DNA of 64,000 nucleotides from Pseudomonadota bacterium (GTDB lineage Bacteria; Pseudomonadota; Alphaproteobacteria; Rickettsiales; Midichloriaceae): NCBI GenBank assembly GCA_018242185.1, contig JAFECK010000005.1, positions 42,373 to 106,372 of the forward strand, read 5' to 3'. Shown piece by piece: positions 57,016 to 64,000 of this stretch (position 1 is its first letter; each line of letters starts with the position of its first letter). The notes under the pieces were generated by a model. It saw only the letters and a program-made list of their open reading frames with translations, ran no database searches and was not told where the DNA came from. The position numbers and the translations under genes were made by a program.

Positions 57016-58167
57016 TTAAGAAGTAAGCCCCACTCCTAAGCCAACTCCTAGCCCTGCGCTTAGTAATGCGAGGCTTGCTATAATTAGGCTTGGAACGTGT
57101 ATAGCAGGCTTTGTCTCTATATTGCTATCAGGGATAGCAACGGCAGAAAGGCAGTTTGCAAAGTAGCGCTTGATTATCTCTAGTCTAAAGCCTGCGTGGT
57201 ACCGTGCAACTTCTATGGTATTTTTCATTGTCTTGTCTTGGTTATAATAAGGCAAGAAATCACTCATTTTGTTCACTAAAGCTTGTAAGGCATTCGTAGG
57301 CTGTTGGTTAGTGACATTTATCTTCTCCTTGTTTTTCTCGGTCCCCTGAGCTGTTTCTTTGAAAGCCTTTTCTAAGATAGCTGTATCTAAGCTCATCACG
57401 GCCCTGGCGAAGTTACGGGCGTATAAAGGGCAGTTCATGTTGTTATAGGTTGGCGGCTGTAACATTGGAGTCCTATCCCCCATAGTGCCACCCAAGATGA
57501 TACGCTTTTTATACGGCACAGTGCTCATATTGCAATAACCATCCGAGTCAAAGCCGTCTATACTTATGAGGTTGTCTCGCTGTATCCTACCATCCACTAT
57601 CTTACCTAAAAGGAGTGAAGAGTGAGCACTCGTAGGGTCGTTGTTAGCGGGATGAGAGTAGATAATGGTTACGTACTTTTTATCACCGAAATCTGTATTC
57701 AGAACCCCATCAAACCCTTGCTTGTCGGTAGATACATAGGCAAAATCAGCATAATGTTCAGCGCTTTTTACACCTAACAAATCATCTAACTGCTCTGGGT
57801 AGTATTTAGCACTACTACGATTCCAGAAATTCGGAGTCTCCATGAAAGGGATAACATCGATAACAGGAACTCTTTTTCCTTCAGGTAGAGAGCTTTGCGT
57901 CGATAAGATTCTGGTTACATAAGAAGCTGCTTTTGTATTTAATGGGCCTACTTTCTCGGCAATAACAGAGTGTCCTATATGGGTGTGCACTATATCTGTG
58001 TTTTCTTGACCTGTGACTGATGGTTCTACGCTATGCACGGCCACATTGTATAGAACAGTTGTGGCCATTGGCACGGCTTGAAAGAACCTCTGCCTAGTCT
58101 GAAGGGAAGACCCCTCGCCAAAAGCGCCTTTTATATTTTTCTCTCCAAAGTTTTCCACTTGTTGCAC
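57016..58167 (-). CDS. tail-anchored hypothetical protein with possible CE-clan-like His/Asp/Gln/Cys arrangement
   Basis: 383-aa ORF with a GTG start and a C-terminal TM helix (SLIIASLALLSAGLGVGLGVGL). The ordered residues H182 (SAHSSLLL), D204/207 (ISIDGFDSD), Q237 and C246 (QPPTYNNMNCP) echo the spacing seen in the 1368-aa protein. Confidence 0.55.
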   Translation of the reverse strand: MQQVENFGEKNIKGAFGEGSSLQTRQRFFQAVPMATTVLYNVAVHSVEPSVTGQENTDIVHTHIGHSVIAEKVGPLNTKAASYVTRILSTQSSLPEGKRVPVIDVIPFMETPNFWNRSSAKYYPEQLDDLLGVKSAEHYADFAYVSTDKQGFDGVLNTDFGDKKYVTIIYSHPANNDPTSAHSSLLLGKIVDGRIQRDNLISIDGFDSDGYCNMSTVPYKKRIILGGTMGDRTPMLQPPTYNNMNCPLYARNFARAVMSLDTAILEKAFKETAQGTEKNKEKINVTNQQPTNALQALVNKMSDFLPYYNQDKTMKNTIEVARYHAGFRLEIIKRYFANCLSAVAIPDSNIETKPAIHVPSLIIASLALLSAGLGVGLGVGLTS

Positions 58168-58567
58168 AAAAGTCTGGAGCTGTTCTAGCCAAGATTGGTT
58201 TGTGTTATTATCACTGTCGAGATTCTCATTTTTACAACTTTCTAATTAATTTTGCTCTATTATACACTATTTTTAGGGTATAACAAGGAATATTTATATT
58301 ATTTCACAAACATATTAAGGATTTATTGCGAAACATACTGTCACAGGGTAATTGCGAGTTCATTAAGGCTTTAAGTAAATACGGCTGCCTAGCTTACAAT
58401 GCTGTAACCAAGAATTACTAGGACTTGAAGCCACTGATTTACCCAGTCCTGATAATGACGTAACCGATATTAATCCCTTTGCAACCAATATATCGTAAAA
58501 ATAAATGAGTTATTGCGTATAACTATAACTCTTATGCGGTCAATAGTACTTATAAAGGAGGAATGGA

Positions 58568-59685
58568 GTGCACCCAGAACACCCAGATAAAACTAAACCC
58601 AAGCCTGAAGATTTGAAGTCCTCACCGCTCCAATCTATGGTACATGCCTTTACTTCATGGGTGGATAGGGTAAGACCGGGCGGAAGTGGTCATGCCACTA
58701 CGCTCCAGCAGATATATGAAAGAGCGCGCAGTAGCAGAAATGATTACGATCCTAGGGATAGCGCAAAAGTAGATGCTAACCTAATAGCAACATGTCGCGT
58801 AACCTTAGAGCAGCAAGGGTTAAGTTAGATTGGAATAATACATGGCTGCTAGTAAAGGCGGTACGCTCTACGGTGTTTGCGCGGCCGGATATGAAGCCAG
58901 ACTCTCCTGATAAGGAAAAGCCGCAACTTTTCACCTATATAACTGATGCGTTTAACACACAAGATACGGAATTGACAAACGAGCTCGATAGAATCGCTGA
59001 TAAATATGCAAAACAACATAAGACAACCAAGGAATCCTTTCTCGGTGAAGAACTACAAAATCGCCTAAAAAGCTCTCACCAGATATAGAGTAATATCAAT
59101 AAATCTGCACTTCTTATCCCTAGGAAGGTCTATATAGAGATGTTAGAGGCGTATGTTAAACACTTGGATAATACTACCAATGACAAAACCCCAGATGACA
59201 AGAAAAAGCTCAAAGAACATATCGCCAACTGCAAGCTCCAGCTTGCCGCAGCGGAAGTCATGTGCTCTGAAAGCCATATCCACGCAGAGCGGAGTATAGA
59301 CGCTGCCATAGGCCTTGTACCAGGGGCGGCTGTGGCTGTTTTGGCAGGACTAAACTCGCTTAATGGCTCACAGACCGCATATATAGCTATACAAGCACTT
59401 AGCGACATCGCTAAAGGCTCGTTTGCCAAACTGCATGAAGGATTAGCCGCAGGCAACCCTATCCTGCTATTTACAATGATTGGTATTGGCTTAGGGTTAG
59501 TAGGTATGGTAGCTGGAATCATGCCTGCCGCAGAAGTCGCCTCTCAGATCACAGAGAAGCCAAAGGCGCTGGAATATTTGAAGACAACTGTGCAACTGAG
59601 GCGCAAAAAATTGTGCAGGCCTCAAAGACCCAAGCCTCAGGGGAATTATAGCGTACTTACCACTATAATCCGAGTTTTGGATTAA
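58568..59685 (+). pseudogene. degraded paralog of the gene at 1196-2803 (one frameshift plus one in-frame TAG)
   Basis: Three ORF pieces:
- 58568-58828 is in frame 2.
- 58792-59088 and 59140-59685 are both in frame 1, separated by a TAG at 59086-59088.
- Read-through gives ...PRKVYIEMLEAY, matching KLYIEMLEAY of the 535-aa protein.
- Also shared: ARPD....D.EK..L.YI and GSFAKLHEGLAAGNP. Confidence 0.7.
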
Positions 59686-59807
59686 GCTAAGTGCAAATCT
59701 ATTCTCTATGAGCATATGTAAGCAATAGCTGAATTAGATAACTATACTCCTCCTCTCTTACTCCTTCAGGCACAATGTATGCTAACTGTAGAGCGTTTTG
59801 GCCCTTC

Positions 59808-60347
59808 TTATTCTTTTGCTGCACTAGAGATAAACGGCTCTGTAAAAAATTTGGTGCTATGGATAACCGCTATAGCGCCAAAGAACTCCTGCTGTTTAAT
59901 CGCATTCATTAGCGTATTATTACCTTCATGGTCTTGCACGCTTGCAATAAAGCCAAACTTATTAAGTCCATATTTCCATAATGCGGCGGACTTGGTAAAA
60001 TAATGCCCAGCTGGTTTTAGATTCGGCAAATAGGGATGATTTAGCTCGGCCGTGCTCGGGGGAAAGTGGCGATACGGCAAGCTAGAATAGTCCAATAGCA
60101 GTAGGTGATTGAACTTGCGATACAGCTGGTTGAACGCAACTGCCGGCTCGTACGCTATGCGCTTATCGTATAGCTTCAACACTTCTATCGCCGCCTCCAA
60201 GGCATTGAGCTGTAACAATGTGTTATCCTGTTCGCACTTAAGTAGCCACTTCTGCCCGGCTCGCATTACTATGCGCCTCTCGGTGCCATCAAGTTCATCA
60301 CGCATCAATATTGAGTTTACCTTGCTGCTCGTCAAATTCATATACAA
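59808..60347 (-). CDS. hypothetical protein
   Basis: 179-aa ORF. Only a weak single ankyrin-like stretch (DHEGNNTLMNAIKQQ) was noticed, which is not enough for a call. Confidence 0.4.
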   Translation of the reverse strand: MYMNLTSSKVNSILMRDELDGTERRIVMRAGQKWLLKCEQDNTLLQLNALEAAIEVLKLYDKRIAYEPAVAFNQLYRKFNHLLLLDYSSLPYRHFPPSTAELNHPYLPNLKPAGHYFTKSAALWKYGLNKFGFIASVQDHEGNNTLMNAIKQQEFFGAIAVIHSTKFFTEPFISSAAKE

Positions 60348-60438
60348 CCTACTTAGTCGTTAATTGTTAGTACTGCCGTTAATATTTTGATAGATGCAGG
60401 TCTGGCACTGAGATGTTGATTTCAACCGCATCTGTCTC

Positions 60439-61437
60439 TTATGCATACTCCAAATCCGAACCTATTGCTTCTAGAATTACTCTCGCTGCACTTAGAGCAT
60501 AGTCTTCTGGTGGTGCTTGGGTGTTATCATCCTTTTTAGAAGCCTTATTAGCAAACCGTACCTGAATCAACTCACTCTGCACCCACACCTTCACCTTGGT
60601 CCCATGCTGCTTATGCCTCAAGCAATAATCCAATATATGCTCAAACGCGCTTTGTAGTTGCTCTTGAGGCCCATCGTACTGCAAGCCAACCTTACTTCTG
60701 ATGAATTCGACAGTGGCTATTCTATCCGAGTAAGATGGAATGAGGGCCACTGCAGCATTATAGAGGGCATGTACAACATCCTCGCTATTTTCTCCCCTGT
60801 ATTGGACGGCAGCGTCATCAATATTGCTGGTAAATTGTCTTTTCAGCAATTTTGACCCTTCGGTTAGTGCTTGGTAGGCATTATTGCAACCCGCTTCATC
60901 CATAATCAAAACCCGTTCATCTTGCTTTACTGGAACTTCATACCCTTGGAATGAAACCTTTTCTGCAGCCATGTGCCTAGAACTTTCCATCACAGATTTA
61001 GCCAAATCAATTTCTTCACTCACTGCTCTGTATTGACCTTTAGTCCATTCTGTTGAACTTGTAGCTAAATTGTGGGCAAGGCGTTCATCTCGATACTGAC
61101 TGTATTTCACCGTTATAGCTATTAACAAAGCCATAGTTTGGATAGAGATTGCATAGTAATGTGGTACGTATCCTTGGTGAGAAGAAAATAAGACAGTCGC
61201 AAATAGTAGTGTGCCTAAAGATACCCCAATAATAGAAAGTATTGCCAACACTATCCAATCGATAAATGCAGCTAATATAAAAGTGCCCAGTATAGCAGAT
61301 GCCATAGCTTCAGGATTAGCATTGGCGAGTATAGAATAAGTGCCCAAGACTGGTAAACATAGCAGCATAATGCAATACAAATAGATGCCACTTTTGCCTG
61401 CTTCAAAGCCTATGGTCCCGCGGTGGGAGAGTATCAT
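60439..61437 (-). CDS. hypothetical membrane protein (N-terminal about 4 TM, soluble C-terminal domain)
   Basis: 332-aa ORF. The hydrophobic N-terminal 115 aa are followed by a soluble domain with no clear catalytic motifs. Confidence 0.5.
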   Translation of the reverse strand: MILSHRGTIGFEAGKSGIYLYCIMLLCLPVLGTYSILANANPEAMASAILGTFILAAFIDWIVLAILSIIGVSLGTLLFATVLFSSHQGYVPHYYAISIQTMALLIAITVKYSQYRDERLAHNLATSSTEWTKGQYRAVSEEIDLAKSVMESSRHMAAEKVSFQGYEVPVKQDERVLIMDEAGCNNAYQALTEGSKLLKRQFTSNIDDAAVQYRGENSEDVVHALYNAAVALIPSYSDRIATVEFIRSKVGLQYDGPQEQLQSAFEHILDYCLRHKQHGTKVKVWVQSELIQVRFANKASKKDDNTQAPPEDYALSAARVILEAIGSDLEYA

Positions 61438-61635
61438 AGCGCTACAACCAATACCACCTATAATCCTAACTATCAGCTCAGCCTGAAACAGTGCATCCTG
61501 CAGCGCAACCTACGGTTACTAATGCTGAAACCCATGGTTCATGAGCTTCATAGAACCCAGTAAACGCTAATACAGTTGTAGCCGTTACCGCACAAAGTGC
61601 CAAATATACAGCTCCCCCTATAACCTCTCCACTAC

Positions 61636-64000
61636 TCATACAGATACCTCCACAAATTTAATTTTACTTAATGCATCTGTTAAACGCTGCCTCTGTGGCT
61701 GGGTAAAACCAGCCGTCTCCAGGTGCTTCTGGCAAGCCTCAACTACCGAGTAATCTACAAATAGCTGCGGATGCTTATTGGCCACCTCTTCAACCACTTC
61801 TGGATAAGTGGACATGAAGCTGGTGGCACATGCCATGCTTGCCTTACTGCTACATGCGCTCATAATGCCAAAATTGATAGATTGAAAACATACCATACGT
61901 GCAACATTTATGGTAGCTTCTTTAGGGGCCTGGCAATCTCGCAGTTGCTTGGTTAAATATTCATCTGAGGTGTAACCAAGCACACCCCAGTTAACACCAG
62001 TGAAGTGAGGGTCACTCCAGTCTCCCTTAGCACTTAATCGGAATACGTTGTGACATACTGCGCTCAAAGCCTTCTTAGTCTCGAAATACAGTTCTCTGGA
62101 CTGCCTAATAGCCTTTATATTCGCATCGTCTATCGAATCAGGAACAACCATCTTTCTTGAAATTACCTCGTTATAACACGGATACTTTGACCTTAGGTTA
62201 TCAATGCTAAACCACTGCTTTCTTTGCTTATACCAATCGTATGGCGTACAATAGCCGTACGTACCAACATTGTGCCGCATAATACGGAACTGGTAAAAAT
62301 AATCATACATACCATTATCATCATTTAAGCATTTGTATGAGATACCTATGCTTGCTGCCGTTGTTTTCATGATTGCATGAGTAGATTTATACCATATTGC
62401 AGCTCTGGTTAAAGCTTCTTCATAATAAACTATGCCTTTGGTCGTGCGATAATAATTAGATGCAAGTTGCAGAAGATTCCTAATGACTACAGGATGTGAA
62501 GATGGGTAAACACTCATAGCAAGCGTCAATCTATCGTTACGGTAAGTTTGGTCTGCCTCAGTTTCCCATATGTATATATGGGATGAATGTATCATACTGG
62601 CATAGAGCTTGAAAGTATGCTCAGTACCTTGATTACCGTATAGGTCAGAATGCATGTTACTAATATCATATGAGCTTATCATATCTGAGAATAGCGATAC
62701 TGGTCCTAACATTCTTTCAATTTGTGGATGCGGTTGCCGGTTATACAGACGTCGGTATATATCACGAATATCAGATATATCTTGCCGAATATCTTCAAAA
62801 GGATGCGACCAATGATCATATTTAGAGGCCATAATCAAAACCGTACAACGTACTGGATGATCAATTTTATCATAAAATCTTTTTGTTAATTCAAGAGCTC
62901 GTCTAACCATTTCTGAACTTTTACTATGAGAAGTACCTGCGTCTTTTTCTGTAGAAAAGGTATGCGCTGCCAACTTCACCAATATTGGAATCATAGATGG
63001 GTCAGGATTTTTGCTATATAGCTTATCACCTATAGACTTGGCTTTTTCCAAGTATTCTATGCCAATTTTGAGGTCACTAGGGCGTTCAAAACCAGCCTTA
63101 GCTAGGCCAAGATGATAATACGCCAGCATGACCTCTTTAGATTCTGCAGGATAGATATTCTTGGCTAGTTCTAACGCTTCCTCAAGTGGCTTCAAACCTT
63201 TTGTCTGATGAGTCCAATCAAGTACTAAGTGTCCTTGTCCAAGCTCTATTTTAGCCTTGTATATAGCTTTCTTCACCTCTAGATTTTGTGGCATCTGCTG
63301 TAATTTAACCAAAGACTTATTCAGCATTTCTATGCCTTCTAATACTTTAATACCAGAGCCAAGGGCTATCTTAATTGCTGCTATATTAATATCACATAGG
63401 CTAGCCTTAACTTCATCACCTACGGCCTCTCTATCCTCCTTAACTTGCTCCCAGTATGACATGGCTTTATTTAGATTATTAGTCCCGCCCATTTGCTGAT
63501 AAGCATTCGCCAACTCTTCTAAAATCTGTATTTTAAAATACCTGTCAGTATCAGGAACTAATCCTAGTGCGTACTCATATACTTGCGTAGCTTTATCAGT
63601 ATAGCCCAGCTGTAGATAAGCATGACCGATATCTGCAAGATAAAACGCGTAGTATTCTTTTATAGCTTTCTGCCCTAAAGCTGTGCTCACTATCTGCAAC
63701 GCTAGTTCTGAATGTTGCGCCATAGTATTGGCATATTGTTGTCTACTAATCTCAGTATCATAGAATGGTAGCATCATATGATTTGGTAGAGGAGCAGTCT
63801 GCTCCTCATTTACTTGCATCACCCATCTTATGGTTGCTGCATACATTTGCGGTTCTTGACCATTTTTCGCTTCATATGTGGCAGCCAAATCGTTTAGTAC
63901 GGCAAGAGAATGAGTAGTACCTGATGCAGTAATAGATTCATGTAGACTAGCACGCGATACCCATACTGCAGCTTGTTTATGCTTATAATTGCGCTCTAGC
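61636..64000 (-). CDS. tetratricopeptide-repeat protein, 5' end outside the window
   Basis: The ORF track starts it at a TTG at 63888. The same frame stays open to position 64000 (...HSLAVLNDLAATYEAKNG...). Repeated TPR-like units are present (GHAYLQLGYTDKATQVYEYAL, LANAYQQMGGTNNLNKAMSYWEQ, YHLGLAKAGF). Confidence 0.7.
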   Translation of the reverse strand, partial: LERNYKHKQAAVWVSRASLHESITASGTTHSLAVLNDLAATYEAKNGQEPQMYAATIRWVMQVNEEQTAPLPNHMMLPFYDTEISRQQYANTMAQHSELALQIVSTALGQKAIKEYYAFYLADIGHAYLQLGYTDKATQVYEYALGLVPDTDRYFKIQILEELANAYQQMGGTNNLNKAMSYWEQVKEDREAVGDEVKASLCDINIAAIKIALGSGIKVLEGIEMLNKSLVKLQQMPQNLEVKKAIYKAKIELGQGHLVLDWTHQTKGLKPLEEALELAKNIYPAESKEVMLAYYHLGLAKAGFERPSDLKIGIEYLEKAKSIGDKLYSKNPDPSMIPILVKLAAHTFSTEKDAGTSHSKSSEMVRRALELTKRFYDKIDHPVRCTVLIMASKYDHWSHPFEDIRQDISDIRDIYRRLYNRQPHPQIERMLGPVSLFSDMISSYDISNMHSDLYGNQGTEHTFKLYASMIHSSHIYIWETEADQTYRNDRLTLAMSVYPSSHPVVIRNLLQLASNYYRTTKGIVYYEEALTRAAIWYKSTHAIMKTTAASIGISYKCLNDDNGMYDYFYQFRIMRHNVGTYGYCTPYDWYKQRKQWFSIDNLRSKYPCYNEVISRKMVVPDSIDDANIKAIRQSRELYFETKKALSAVCHNVFRLSAKGDWSDPHFTGVNWGVLGYTSDEYLTKQLRDCQAPKEATINVARMVCFQSINFGIMSACSSKASMACATSFMSTYPEVVEEVANKHPQLFVDYSVVEACQKHLETAGFTQPQRQRLTDALSKIKFVEVSV

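Noticed and set aside
59808-60347. Ankyrin-repeat protein call.
   Set aside because: Only one weak repeat-like stretch (DHEGNNTLMNAIKQQ) was seen. Ankyrin proteins normally show several tandem 33-aa units.
60439-61437. Sensor histidine kinase call for the 332-aa membrane protein.
   Set aside because: Only a vague N-box-like stretch (FEHILDYCLRHKQHGTKVKV) was seen. There is no H-box histidine motif and there are no G1/G2 ATP-binding boxes.
1-64000. CRISPR arrays, rRNA genes or intact tRNA genes.
   Set aside because: Reading the intergenic regions showed no regularly spaced direct repeats of 25-40 bp and no rRNA-like or complete cloverleaf-capable sequences.

Overview
The window looks like a compact, moderately AT-rich bacterial chromosome segment. 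By inference it comes from an alphaproteobacterial obligate intracellular or symbiotic lineage. The clues are a class I LysRS, a type 2 (eukaryote-like) IleRS, a DASS dicarboxylate exchanger and two alpha-type porin paralogs. No database search was possible, so this placement is unconfirmed.

Coordinates 1-26400 carry clear housekeeping genes: ddl, glmM, grpE, 5-formyl-THF cyclo-ligase, ileS, mgtA, trpS, lysK, alr, a rhodanese and dnaA. Between them sit lineage-specific ORFan genes whose products all end in hydrophobic membrane-anchor modules.

Coordinates 26656-46220 hold two tandem, same-strand, diverged paralogous giant genes of 3134 and 3110 aa, about 29% of the window. Each encodes a SecA-like DEAD motor and a C-terminal multi-transmembrane (TM) block. 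Each has its own conserved near-consensus sigma70 promoter.

Coordinates 46867-56002 look like a decaying P4-type integrative island:
- a 47-nt 3' fragment of an initiator-like tRNA-Met(CAU), acting as an att scar
- a tyrosine integrase with one in-frame TAG
- an excisionase-type HTH gene
- a Toprim primase-like gene fused by deletion to the tail of its ATPase
- an intact 1368-aa gene fusing a CE-clan (Ulp1-like) cysteine peptidase triad to an ABC-type ATPase and a DUF4435/Toprim-like module (OLD/PARIS-like architecture)
- an IS1595-family element with recognisable inverted repeats

A small conserved protein with an ERAGIYQYD motif occurs twice. Each copy sits just upstream of, and convergent with, one of the large genes.

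The right end of the window carries more ORFan membrane proteins, a degraded paralog of the gene at 1196-2803, and a TPR protein that runs off the window.

The two candidates for an undescribed system are the giant SecA-like membrane protein pair and the peptidase-ATPase-Toprim fusion. All domain calls rest on motifs read by eye. No alignments, HMM searches or statistics were run.
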